Positions 9,669 through 19,410 of a DNA stretch of 47,809 bases are shown here, one piece after another. The stretch comes from Myxococcota bacterium. Its GTDB lineage: Bacteria; Myxococcota; UBA4151. The translations under genes and the position numbers were made by a program. The notes under the pieces are model-generated. The model saw only the letters and a list, made by a program, of their open reading frames with translations. It was not told where the DNA came from and made no database searches. The stretch lies in the NCBI GenBank assembly GCA_040260805.1, contig JBDQPD010000010.1, positions 1-47,809 on the forward strand, written 5' to 3'. Each line of letters opens with the position of its first letter. The first letter of the stretch is position 1.

Positions 9669-11047
9669 TCCTAGGCCTTCTCCTTGCCACCGCAAGCGTG
9701 CAACCAGTGACTCTGATCTATTCAGGTGACCGCCTAGGTAAGGTGGAGCCTTGTGGTTGCCCCAAAAACCCCATGGGTCATATTGCGCGGCATGTGCTCT
9801 ATCTTGACGAGCGCAGAGCCATCGACCCTGAGTTGATCGCTTTTGACCTGGGTAATTACTTCTTCGAGGCGTTGAGTATCGAGGAAGAGCTGCGCGAGCA
9901 GCAAGCTCGCCGAGCCGCTATTCTCAGCCGCAGTTTAGAACGACTCAAGCTCGATTTCATCGTGCCGGGACCGACTGATTTCGCAGCTGGTTTTGCGGGT
10001 TATAAGCGCCTCGTTGAGCGCTCAAAAACGCTCGTTCTTGCGGCCGATTTATTCACCCCTTCCGGGGAGCCCGCTTTTGCCTCGCATCGAGTGTTCGAAC
10101 GCAAAAATAAACGGATATTGATCATAGGGATAGCGGGGTTTGTTCCCGCGGGTACGGACCTTCAGCGCAGGGCGCCGATCGACGCTATCCGCCGGGTGCG
10201 TGCGGAGGCAGGACCAGTCGACATGACCATCATTGCGTCGCACCTTGACCGAAGCGCCGGGCTCGGAATTGCGGAAAAAGAGACGGGTTTAGCTGCTGTC
10301 CTAATTGCCGATAAGCACCTGCATCTCATCCCAAAGCAAGCAGGTGGAGCGGTGGTTGTAGGGAGCTCAAAACAAGGCAAGCACGTCGCCGAGCTCAGCT
10401 TGAGCCAGCGCGTTCAGGGCGCTTATGCAGGCGGCATGAAAATGCGTCGCCTCGTGTTTAAGCGCCGCAAGGCTAAAGGCGACGAAGCCGCACAGCTTCA
10501 AGCTCAACTCGACGAGCTCAATGCCGGAAACACCTTCGCTTATCGCGTCGATGCGCTGGGTGAAGAACGAAGCGAAGACCCAGAGGTCGCTCAGTGGGTC
10601 AAGGCGTACGTTCACTTCGTCGGCAAACTTGAACTCGAGCAAGGGACCGCGCCACCAGGATATAACGGTGAAGGCGACTTCGCGAGCGTCAAAGTCTGTG
10701 GAACCTGCCACTTAGCGATCGCCGAAAGCTGGCGAAAGACTCGCCATGCTCACGCCTACGAGAGCCTAAGCTCTCGTGGTCAACACCTCGACCGAGAGTG
10801 CATCGGCTGTCATACGGCTGGCTGGCGTCATCCAGGAGGGTTTTCGGACCCTCGAGCTGTCGGTATTTTGAAAAATGTTCAGTGCGAGAGCTGCCACGGT
10901 CCGGGGAAAGAGCACGCAAAAACCGGGAACAAAGATCTGATTGAACGCGGTAAAGCCAACGCGGAATTCTGTCAGCGATGTCACCAAGAAGAGCTTGAGA
11001 CCGGCTTTACCGAAAAGACGCACATCCCGCGCATTAAGCACTGGTGA
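9665..11047 (+). CDS. 5'-nucleotidase/UshA-like domain fused to a tetraheme cytochrome c (c554-like)
   Basis: YSGDRLGKVEPCGC, FDLGN; four CxxCH motifs (CGTCH, CIGCH, CESCH, CQRCH); W.KTRHAHAY. Confidence 0.85.
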   Translation: MILGLLLATASVQPVTLIYSGDRLGKVEPCGCPKNPMGHIARHVLYLDERRAIDPELIAFDLGNYFFEALSIEEELREQQARRAAILSRSLERLKLDFIVPGPTDFAAGFAGYKRLVERSKTLVLAADLFTPSGEPAFASHRVFERKNKRILIIGIAGFVPAGTDLQRRAPIDAIRRVRAEAGPVDMTIIASHLDRSAGLGIAEKETGLAAVLIADKHLHLIPKQAGGAVVVGSSKQGKHVAELSLSQRVQGAYAGGMKMRRLVFKRRKAKGDEAAQLQAQLDELNAGNTFAYRVDALGEERSEDPEVAQWVKAYVHFVGKLELEQGTAPPGYNGEGDFASVKVCGTCHLAIAESWRKTRHAHAYESLSSRGQHLDRECIGCHTAGWRHPGGFSDPRAVGILKNVQCESCHGPGKEHAKTGNKDLIERGKANAEFCQRCHQEELETGFTEKTHIPRIKHW

Positions 11048-11049
11048 TC

Positions 11050-11586
11050 TCAGCGCGCTGTCGGCGGACGGTCCAAACCAAAACGCAACAACTTCCATCG
11101 GTAACCGCGCTCGCTCTGTCCTTGTAAAAGGCCATGGATCGGCACTCGAGGATGATAGACGGAACCACCCTGCCGCATCGCACCTACAAAATGCCCTGCA
11201 GGCAGAACCACCCGATCCTGGCTCACCATGACCGCACCTTTAGGCTGCATCGCTAAGAAGGGGTCTTCCGAGGTTTTCACCGGCGCATAGTAGCGCTCTA
11301 CCTGTTGAGCGCCTCGCCTCGTCAGCTCAACCCGCCATCCTTGTCCGGTCACTTTAGGCTGCAAAACAGCGGTCAGTAAGACCCGGCCCGACGGTCCAAT
11401 CTCTTCATAAAGTGCCCACTGCTCGACGCTCGGTGTAAGCGGCGCCGTCGAACCCAGCGCATCATAGCGTGGCGCAGGAGTTAGTGGCGCATCGACCCAT
11501 GCATGCAGCGCCCGGTACTGGGGTGTTGTGCAAGCCAGACTCAAGACCAGGGTCAGAACGCTTGATCGTAACACGGTGTCCAACAT
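11050..11586 (-). CDS. Hypothetical lipoprotein
   Basis: Lipobox LSLAC after ATG 11586; fills the gap between genes. Start uncertain. Confidence 0.55.
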   Translation of the reverse strand: MLDTVLRSSVLTLVLSLACTTPQYRALHAWVDAPLTPAPRYDALGSTAPLTPSVEQWALYEEIGPSGRVLLTAVLQPKVTGQGWRVELTRRGAQQVERYYAPVKTSEDPFLAMQPKGAVMVSQDRVVLPAGHFVGAMRQGGSVYHPRVPIHGLLQGQSERGYRWKLLRFGLDRPPTAR

Positions 11587-11683
11587 ACCGGCTAACCTGC
11601 CTGGGGTAAGCCTCGGCGAAAAGAGGTGATGATGATCACCTGATGCAAGACGAGCGTCAGACTGGGTCTGGTTTAGGGTTGAA

Positions 11684-12067
11684 TCAGCCCGCGTCACCGA
11701 CCGGCGCAACGGGGCCGGTGTCCGTTCCCTGCTCTGGCGCCCCGCTATCTACCGCTACACCGCTATCAACAGGTGCTACCGGCGCTCCTGTATCCTGAGC
11801 AGGTTGTGGGCCCCCTTCAGAGGTGCCGGCGGCGTCGAGATAATCACTTGAGCCAATCTGGCAAACACCCTCAACGCAAGAGTAACCGGGGTCGCAACTG
11901 TCACCAATACTACCATCGACGACAAAGCCACACTGCCGAGGGGCGCAAATCCGCCCCCGAGCGCAGACTTGCCCGACCGGGCAATCCTCAGACGCCTCAC
12001 AGGAGGTCTCTGCACACGATGAACCCGCAGTGGGCACCGACAGAGCGAGCAACAAAAGGAGTCTCAA
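11684..12067 (-). CDS. Small Cys-rich exported protein or lipoprotein
   Basis: Signal peptide; CEASEDCPVGQVC and CDPGYSCVEGVC repeats; low-complexity DSG/DAG/DTG tail. Start overlaps the upstream stop. Confidence 0.7.
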   Translation of the reverse strand: MRLLLLLALSVPTAGSSCAETSCEASEDCPVGQVCARGRICAPRQCGFVVDGSIGDSCDPGYSCVEGVCQIGSSDYLDAAGTSEGGPQPAQDTGAPVAPVDSGVAVDSGAPEQGTDTGPVAPVGDAG

Positions 12068-13620
12068 GGTAGCGCCAGTCGAATCGTGTAGTTGGTCAGT
12101 GGGGTACCGTCAGGCATCTTAACCTGATTGTTGCTGTTCAAGTAGTCCGGATGATCAAAAATCATCTTAATCCGGATCGAGATCCCCATATTGGCGTTAA
12201 AGACTGCGGCTGATGGCATCCGAAGCCGGATCCGCGAGGTGTAACCACTGTGCGGGATACCATGACCCAACCCCGGCTCTAACAGGACAGCGGCCGGGTA
12301 GCTCAACACGCCGTTTTCTTCATAATCAATCTCGCCAAATACTGAGTTTTCGGCGTCAAGCGGCGCAACAAATGCGAACTGAGCCAGCGCGTTTTGAAGC
12401 CCAGAGGCTCCATTGATCAACCGAAGACCGATCGGCAAATCAGCGTCTAGATACAAATCGTCGCCGCCATTAATTTCACCGTCATCGTTATTGTCGTCCC
12501 ACTCGACGGCGTAGTCTTCATCACCAAAAGGGGCGCTGTGATCGCTTTGCGTGAGCACATTAGCGGTCCCGATCCAAGCCTGGGTGCTGCTGAGTGAGCG
12601 CGCCGTAATCGATAGGTTGTATTCTGCTCCAGCGGTCAGTTCGCCCAGCGCAGGAGCTAGCGTGATCAGGCGTCCGCCAGCTGCAAAGCTCGCGTTCATC
12701 TCAATCTCAGCTGTACCGGACTCATTGAGCATCACGACCTGCAACGTTGCGGGGTCCACCGCACGATCAAACAATAAACGCATCGGCGTGGTAACGGCTG
12801 ATGCTCTAATCTGCTGCCGGCGATCCACCAAGTCAGCTACGTTCGAATGCACCATTCGAAGGTTTGGGCTCATGACCAAGGTATGCATCAACTGACCGCC
12901 GTGACGAACAAACAAGGGCAGGCGCCCTAGCGCTGCCAGTTCGGCGTAACTCTGCTGAACCGTCACGCCCGCTCCAGATTCATCAGCGTGGCTGTGAATA
13001 CTAACGGTTCCACCGAGGCGCGCAATGACAGCGCTCAAGGAGGTCAGATCAGGCGCCACATCAAAGCGCACCGTGCCGTCGTCAGCGCTTACCGACTGAA
13101 GCGTAAGCTCTCCTCGCTGAGCGCCATTGTGGATAAAGGTGTAGGGGACGGTAACGCTCATCCGAACGCCTGATTTCCCGAGTAGATCGTCCCCGTAAAC
13201 AGTCGTCGACAGGCTCGTCGAACGCATCAGCCCAACGCGACCAAAGTTGGCGTGGTTGTTGGCGGATGGGAAATCGCCAGAGGATGAGGGGATCTGCAGC
13301 GCACCATTAGCCGGCAGATAGCCTTCAGCAGCGATCTGAAACAGGGCGCTCCCTCCTGCAGCGACGCCCCGAAACTGGACGTAACCATCAGATCCGGTCG
13401 TCGCCGACTCGGCGGATCGAGCGCGCAGGGTCACCGAAGCCTCCGAGATCGCCTGACCGGTGCTTAGGTCGTACACGTAACCGCTGACTGAAGCGGTGGG
13501 GTGAACCGGCGCGATTTGCGTTACCGAACCTGGCTGATCGCCTTGTCCATCGCCGTTCAAATCGGCTGGGTCTTCACCACAAGCGGTCAGCGTCAACCCA
13601 ATCAACATCAATCTCTTCAT
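12064..13620 (-). CDS. Lipoprotein with carboxypeptidase-regulatory-like and Ig-like domains
   Basis: MKRLMLIGLTLTAC lipobox; SVSGYVYD...ISEASVTL...TTGSDG; LLFDRAVDPATL...ITLAP...LTAGAEYNLSI; DxNxDG Ca-binding loops; AGGAG RBS. Confidence 0.75.
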   Translation of the reverse strand: MKRLMLIGLTLTACGEDPADLNGDGQGDQPGSVTQIAPVHPTASVSGYVYDLSTGQAISEASVTLRARSAESATTGSDGYVQFRGVAAGGSALFQIAAEGYLPANGALQIPSSSGDFPSANNHANFGRVGLMRSTSLSTTVYGDDLLGKSGVRMSVTVPYTFIHNGAQRGELTLQSVSADDGTVRFDVAPDLTSLSAVIARLGGTVSIHSHADESGAGVTVQQSYAELAALGRLPLFVRHGGQLMHTLVMSPNLRMVHSNVADLVDRRQQIRASAVTTPMRLLFDRAVDPATLQVVMLNESGTAEIEMNASFAAGGRLITLAPALGELTAGAEYNLSITARSLSSTQAWIGTANVLTQSDHSAPFGDEDYAVEWDDNNDDGEINGGDDLYLDADLPIGLRLINGASGLQNALAQFAFVAPLDAENSVFGEIDYEENGVLSYPAAVLLEPGLGHGIPHSGYTSRIRLRMPSAAVFNANMGISIRIKMIFDHPDYLNSNNQVKMPDGTPLTNYTIRLALP

Positions 13621-13792
13621 CGTCACTCCTTGGCTGCTCTGCTTATTCGCCCATTGGTAACCTGGTCAACGCCTCGCGTGCGTCGCCCACACGCTCGACG
13701 CGCATGGTCGGTTTGACCGATGACCGTTGCGCCAGAGCCTCCACAGGAGTAACACCCGGCGAGAAATCACCCAAATTTCACACGGAGTACTC

Positions 13793-16700
13793 ATGACTTT
13801 CTGCAGATCGCTGCTCATCCTTGCAACCCTTGGACTCGCTTCAGCGTGCGCTCAAGACATTGCAGACATTGACCGGACGCATCCCAACAAGGTGCATAAA
13901 TCGATGTTCAATGGCACCTGGTATTTCCGAGGAACGGTGACTGAGGTCGCTCCGGATATGGCGGGTCTGTTCGAGGGTATCGCAACAGGGATGTCGAAGA
14001 TCCGATGGGAGATCACGGAGTCTGAACTGCGTGGGTGGACGACCAATGAGACGGTGATCGGCATGGATCAAGAGATCGACGACTGTCGTCGCGTCAACAC
14101 CGTTCAAGCGGATGGCCGCATCAACATCGAGGAGACGCTCGATGACGAATGCATGAGGCGATCAGCGCTTGGTGGCGCCCAGCTCAACAAAGATGGCTAC
14201 CGCACCCGCTGGGGTCGCCTCCCTGATGAGTATAAAGGCTCGATGGTCATCAGCTTCCCGGTCAGCAGCCACTTCGACGTCAAGCGCAGCTACAATCCAG
14301 AAACCGGTGAGCAGTCAAACGTCCTGACGGAAAATGCGATCGACCGTAACTGGTGGCAACGTGACTACATGCGGGTCGCTTGGGGAAGCCCCTCGGTTCA
14401 GTTTATTAATGGTGAGCTCGCCAACACCTACGGCGACGACTCCGAACCTGAAGACTCTGACCACAAGATTCGCTTCCTTGACGCTGCAGGCCAGCCGGTT
14501 GCCAATGGGCAAGCAGCCGAAGGTCAAGAGGTTGGTTATTTCGACTTTAGCACCCGTCAAGCGGCGACCATGATGGCGACCACGACCAGCGGCGCTGTCT
14601 ATCCTTACTGCTACTTCAGCGAGACCGCCTCATGCGACGCCGCTAAAGTCGCCATGCGTTACTCATTTCTCAAAACTGAGCCGGTTCGAGACTTTGCGCC
14701 GGTACTTTATGACGACAACAAAATGGGCCGCTTCGGGTACTTCCGAACCGAGCGATACAGCCACCTACGCCAGCGCGGCGTGACCGAGACAGGTCGCGTG
14801 CGGATGGCGTCTGTACACAACCTCTGGAAAGACACCTACGAGCGCGATGCAAACGGCGCCTTTCGCTTAGAAGCTGTGACCAACGAAGCCGGCGAAACGA
14901 TCGCTTACCGGCGCATCGAGAAGCCGGTCACCAGCCGTCAACCCAAACCCCTAGCGTATCACCTCTCCCCCTACTTCCCCGAAGCGATCAAAGAATACGC
15001 ATACCGGGTAGGCGACTCTTGGAACCACGGCTATCGCCGAACGGTGGCAGCTGCCTGGGGCTATCAGTCCGCTCGCGAGGCTGATGACGCTAACGCTGGC
15101 GTCCCAGATATGTTTGTCGTTTGCGACAACCCGGTCCCTGAAACGGTTCCGGTCCGCTATCAGGGTCGCGGGACCAACTATCACGAGATCTGTGGCCCTC
15201 CCGGCACACGCGCCATGCCCGGCGATCTCCGCTACCACACAATGTACTGGGTGCATGACCGCAACGACGGTCCTTTAGGTTATGGCCCTTCGTACCAAGA
15301 CCCTGAGACCGGCGAGACGATTTCAGGTACCGCTTGGGTTTACGGTGCAGCGGTCGACACCTACGCCCAATCGGCGCTTGATTTGGTCAACGCGATCAAC
15401 GGTGATTTGTCCATGGACGATATTCGTAGCGGCTCATACGTCCAAAACATGGTGCGCAACTCGCGTCATGTCACCGATCCGCACCATCGAACGATCGAAG
15501 AGTTTGAAGCCAGCTTGATCGACCCAGAAGGACCGATCGGTCCTTCAGGTCGAGCGATCATGGAACGCATCGACCGGATCTCCGCTGACCCTGCGGGCGA
15601 GCTGAACAACGACATCACCCAGCAACGCCAGCGTCGGTTTAAGCGCTTCTTGCGTGAAAACCCTATGGCCGACGATCTGATCAACGGCGAAATGCTCGCC
15701 GCTGCTGCCGGCGATCAAATGACGCCAGGCGGAGCGATCACAGAGCCGATGCGCGACAAGGCGGTCGATCTGCTCAGCGGTAATATGGAAGCGGTCAATG
15801 AGCGAGCACACTTGAACAGTGTTGCGGCGGAGCTGACCATTTGGACACGTGATAACTTTGAGGACGCAGCGCTGGTGGGCTTAGCTAAAGAGATGGCAGC
15901 ACGTTATGCTGACCGCCCTGACGCTCAAGACGAGATGTACCAAGAGCTACGCGGTCGAATTTTCCAAGGCGTGATGGAGCACGAAGTGGGTCACACCCTC
16001 GGTCTTCGCCACAACTTTGCGGGCTCGTACGATGCGCTCAACTTTCAAGATGACTACTGGCGCGTGCGCAAAGCGGGTCTCAAGACTGCCTGGACGAACA
16101 TTCACAACGCCTCGAGCTTGACCCTAAATACGCTGATGCAAGTGCGTCAGCTGACCCAAGGCGAGCGCGAAGGCCAGGGCGCTACTGATGGTCAGCGTGG
16201 TGGTGTCACCGAATACCAATACAGCTCGATCATGGACTATGGCGCCGCCTTCAACTCCGACCTGCACGGTATTGGCAAGTACGATGAAGCTGCCGTGCTG
16301 TTTGGCTACGCGGGGAAGGTTGAGGTCTTTGATAACATCAGCCGCAACAACAAATACCTACTCAAAGGCTCCGCTGAAACCATCTTAAGCTCACACCCAT
16401 GGTCGCTCGGGCTGACCAGTTATTCCTGCCTGCCGAGCTTTGAAGACCGAGTGAGCCCTGCAGAGGACGCGCTCACGGAGAAAATCCATTACAGCTGGTT
16501 GCCTTTGATCTTCTCGGACTCCCCCGCTCCCAACGGCAACGCTGCAGGCGCTGTCGATGCGGCGATCGAGGCAGGTATCGAAAACATCAGCATGAACAAC
16601 CGTCGCCTGATCGACTACAGCGACATCGAAGAGCAGCTGAACATCGAGCGCAAGCACCGCTTCGAAAACAAACGCGACTGCGGCCAGGAGGCGGCGACAC

Positions 16701-18223
16701 TCCACGAGGATCGTCCGGTCATGGTTCCCTACATGTTCTGCTCAGATGAGTGGGTCGGCAGTGTTGCCAACTGCAACCGCTGGGACGAAGGCGCAGACCC
16801 TGCGGCTATTCTCGAGCGTACGATGAGCCAATGGGAAGATTACTACTGGTTCAACAACTACAAGCGCGACCGGGTCAGTTTCAGCACCACGGCTCCGGCA
16901 AACCGTGCGCTCTCACGCACCTATCCGATGATGCTGTTGATGTATCAGCAGTGGCTGTTCAGCCGTTACCAAACGGATCTCTTGCTCACCTATCCGTGGC
17001 AAGTGCGCGTGCTCGATTCCGTCAATAAGTTTGGCGAAATCCTGACCAAGCCTCGCTACGGAACCTACTATCTTAGCAACAACGGTGAAGACGCCTACCT
17101 CTACGATGTCGACCCATTGGAGATCGGTAGCACCCTAGGCCAAGTCAACAATCTCGAGGTCACCGCCGACTTCCAAATCCCTCGGGGTGTCGGTCGTCGT
17201 GCGTTCTCGAACTATGACTATGATGGTGGTTACTACTACTACGAGCGCCCCGTAGAGGCCGGTCATTTCTGGGACTTCTACGCCGCGCTGCTCAGCCAGG
17301 GTAATGCAACCGCAGCGCTTCTAGGCACCGAATCAGCCGCCGACCAGCAGCGCTTCTACCTACCCTTCCACCTCGTCTTCCCTGAGCCGCTTGATCGTCT
17401 CTACAGCGGGATCATCACGAACCGTCAGCAAGACTACGCGCCCAAGCTCTTTACCCGAGATCTAGGCGGGGATGACGCCGCTTGCCAAACCGCGGCTGCT
17501 CGGGTCGGCGGATATGGAACCCGCGGCAACAACGACTTGTGCTATCTGGTCGTGAGCAAGCCGATCTACGATTGGCGTGGCGTGACGATGGGCGCGCTGA
17601 TCGACGGCGAGCGGAACTTGGCAGCGCCTTTTGCAAGTCAAAACGCAGACGGAGAAGACTGGGAAAGTGGTGTGACGATTCGTATCCACAACAATTACAC
17701 CAACAAGCTGTACACTACGATCTTTGGCGCACAGTTCTTCACCTCAACGTGGGAACGTGACTTCATCGAGAGCATGCGCGTCTGGCGCGTCGGTGCCGCC
17801 GAAGATCACAACTTAGCCCAAGGGCACACTCGCACCGAGTTTGCAGATCCCCGAAGTGGCTTTGTGTACGCAGCAAGCACCAATAAAGAGCGCCCCTGTG
17901 CGGTGACGGATGAAGAACGAGACAACGGCTTAGCTGCTCGCACCATGTGCGATGGCCAGGTCGCTGCGACGGATTGGATTGCGGCTACCACAGCGCTCGA
18001 CGAGGCCGACGAGAACATCGAAGCACAAAATCTGGACTGTTCAGCGGACGAAGTACCGGATAACTGCACAGCGGACCGAGCCGTTGAGGGGCTTGATCTA
18101 GCGGACCAATGTGTTCGTAAACTGTGTGCTGAGGACGCAAAGCGCTCCGCAGATAGTCGGTTAGATGACGCGGTAAGCTGGTCCTTACGCTTCCGTGATA
18201 TCTACCGTGTCTTGGTCGATTAA
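13793..18223 (+). CDS. Very large zinc-dependent metalloprotease lipoprotein (metzincin)
   Basis: GGAG RBS; lipobox LASAC; HEVGHTLGLRHNFAGS; YSSIMDY Met-turn; YMFCSDE; Cys-rich C-terminus. Confidence 0.85.
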   Translation: MTFCRSLLILATLGLASACAQDIADIDRTHPNKVHKSMFNGTWYFRGTVTEVAPDMAGLFEGIATGMSKIRWEITESELRGWTTNETVIGMDQEIDDCRRVNTVQADGRINIEETLDDECMRRSALGGAQLNKDGYRTRWGRLPDEYKGSMVISFPVSSHFDVKRSYNPETGEQSNVLTENAIDRNWWQRDYMRVAWGSPSVQFINGELANTYGDDSEPEDSDHKIRFLDAAGQPVANGQAAEGQEVGYFDFSTRQAATMMATTTSGAVYPYCYFSETASCDAAKVAMRYSFLKTEPVRDFAPVLYDDNKMGRFGYFRTERYSHLRQRGVTETGRVRMASVHNLWKDTYERDANGAFRLEAVTNEAGETIAYRRIEKPVTSRQPKPLAYHLSPYFPEAIKEYAYRVGDSWNHGYRRTVAAAWGYQSAREADDANAGVPDMFVVCDNPVPETVPVRYQGRGTNYHEICGPPGTRAMPGDLRYHTMYWVHDRNDGPLGYGPSYQDPETGETISGTAWVYGAAVDTYAQSALDLVNAINGDLSMDDIRSGSYVQNMVRNSRHVTDPHHRTIEEFEASLIDPEGPIGPSGRAIMERIDRISADPAGELNNDITQQRQRRFKRFLRENPMADDLINGEMLAAAAGDQMTPGGAITEPMRDKAVDLLSGNMEAVNERAHLNSVAAELTIWTRDNFEDAALVGLAKEMAARYADRPDAQDEMYQELRGRIFQGVMEHEVGHTLGLRHNFAGSYDALNFQDDYWRVRKAGLKTAWTNIHNASSLTLNTLMQVRQLTQGEREGQGATDGQRGGVTEYQYSSIMDYGAAFNSDLHGIGKYDEAAVLFGYAGKVEVFDNISRNNKYLLKGSAETILSSHPWSLGLTSYSCLPSFEDRVSPAEDALTEKIHYSWLPLIFSDSPAPNGNAAGAVDAAIEAGIENISMNNRRLIDYSDIEEQLNIERKHRFENKRDCGQEAATLHEDRPVMVPYMFCSDEWVGSVANCNRWDEGADPAAILERTMSQWEDYYWFNNYKRDRVSFSTTAPANRALSRTYPMMLLMYQQWLFSRYQTDLLLTYPWQVRVLDSVNKFGEILTKPRYGTYYLSNNGEDAYLYDVDPLEIGSTLGQVNNLEVTADFQIPRGVGRRAFSNYDYDGGYYYYERPVEAGHFWDFYAALLSQGNATAALLGTESAADQQRFYLPFHLVFPEPLDRLYSGIITNRQQDYAPKLFTRDLGGDDAACQTAAARVGGYGTRGNNDLCYLVVSKPIYDWRGVTMGALIDGERNLAAPFASQNADGEDWESGVTIRIHNNYTNKLYTTIFGAQFFTSTWERDFIESMRVWRVGAAEDHNLAQGHTRTEFADPRSGFVYAASTNKERPCAVTDEERDNGLAARTMCDGQVAATDWIAATTALDEADENIEAQNLDCSADEVPDNCTADRAVEGLDLADQCVRKLCAEDAKRSADSRLDDAVSWSLRFRDIYRVLVD

Positions 18224-18233
18224 AGGGGTTTTG

Positions 18234-19304
18234 ATGATACGATTACTCACTGTCTCGGTTCTGCTTGTCGGCGCCACAGCGTTTGCTTCCGACAACCCAG
18301 CCATGACCACAGCGCCTAAGGGAGCGTTTCCCTTTTCGGGCTCGGTCAGCTGGGGCCACTCGCTCGGGCAAGGTAGTTTTGTTCAAAACTATTACGCTCG
18401 GGATGCACGCTATACTCAGAGCTTGGGCCTATCTGGCCGCTGGCAGCTTCCCTGGAAAGGCTACAGCGTCTCAGCGAGCCAAAGCTGGGGTATGGAGCTG
18501 ACGACGGGTGGCTCCATGCGGAACCATGAACTCAACTACGGTGACATCGGTTTAGGCTTCGGCTTACCCTTGGGCTTTAAAGCGTTAGGATTTAGCTTTG
18601 GAACCAGTCTTCGAGCTGGAATTCCGGTGTCTAAGGTCAGTCGGTTCTTAGGAAAGATTACCGGGCTTAGCGCCGGGCTCTCCGGAAGCCGTAAACTGGG
18701 TAGTAAGCTGAGCCTGAGCCTAAGCAGCAGCTTGTCCCGCAGCTTATACACTGAGCGCATCCGGACGGTCTCCATTACCGAGGGTCGCAGCTTCGTCGAC
18801 AACAACGGCACCACGCTCACGCCAAACAATCAGATCTGTCGCGATGAAGAGCTGATCACCTCTGGAGCCGGTGACGTCACCGGCTGCCGAGTGGCAGGCG
18901 TCAACGGTGGATTCAACCTAAGCAGCTCGGTGGCGGTGTCGTATAAGGCGTCCAAAAAGTTGTCTGCGTCAGCATCGCTCGCGTTGATCAACTCGTTCAA
19001 AGATTACGCCATGCCAGTTGATGAATTCTCATCCAGCTACGCCCAAGCAGGGATCGGACGCTCTGATCTCACCTCGGGGAGCCTGAGCCTCAGCTACGGC
19101 TACTCAAAGAAACTCCGTATGGGGCTTTCGATGTCGAGCACGCAGCCCGCATTGTTTTGGAGTCCCAACGATGTCGCAGATGACAACGGCAACGTGACCG
19201 AAGCCAAAGAAGGAACGTGGTTGCCCAACTTTCCGTGGTGGGATTTCCGCACCCCTGGAAACAACTACAGCGCCTTTTCGGGTAGCGTGAGCTACTCGTT
19301 CTAG
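18234..19304 (+). CDS. Putative outer-membrane beta-barrel protein
   Basis: Signal peptide ending AFA; alternating Ser/Gly-hydrophobic strands; C-terminal SVSYSF beta-signal. Confidence 0.7.
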   Translation: MIRLLTVSVLLVGATAFASDNPAMTTAPKGAFPFSGSVSWGHSLGQGSFVQNYYARDARYTQSLGLSGRWQLPWKGYSVSASQSWGMELTTGGSMRNHELNYGDIGLGFGLPLGFKALGFSFGTSLRAGIPVSKVSRFLGKITGLSAGLSGSRKLGSKLSLSLSSSLSRSLYTERIRTVSITEGRSFVDNNGTTLTPNNQICRDEELITSGAGDVTGCRVAGVNGGFNLSSSVAVSYKASKKLSASASLALINSFKDYAMPVDEFSSSYAQAGIGRSDLTSGSLSLSYGYSKKLRMGLSMSSTQPALFWSPNDVADDNGNVTEAKEGTWLPNFPWWDFRTPGNNYSAFSGSVSYSF

Positions 19305-19351
19305 AAAGACTCCGTCTTCGACGGGTCAAAGCGAATAAAAAGCGCTAAGGT

Positions 19352-19384
19352 CTAAGGGCGGGGTCATCCCCGCCTTTAGTTTAT
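19352..19384 (+). terminator. Intrinsic terminator
   Basis: CTAAGGGCGGGG-TCAT-CCCCGCCTTTAG hairpin followed by TTTA, downstream of the barrel gene. Confidence 0.7.
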
Positions 19385-19410
19385 GATCGCTCAATCGAGA
19401 GGTTCGTGTC

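Noticed and set aside
11625..11641. Hairpin AGGTGAT-gatg-ATCACCT
   Set aside because: Short, with no U-tract; insufficient support as a terminator or operator.
19305..19410. Possible oriC near mnmG (also considered near recF)
   Set aside because: No DnaA-box cluster, AT-rich unwinding element or parS seen; the spacer is short and holds a terminator.
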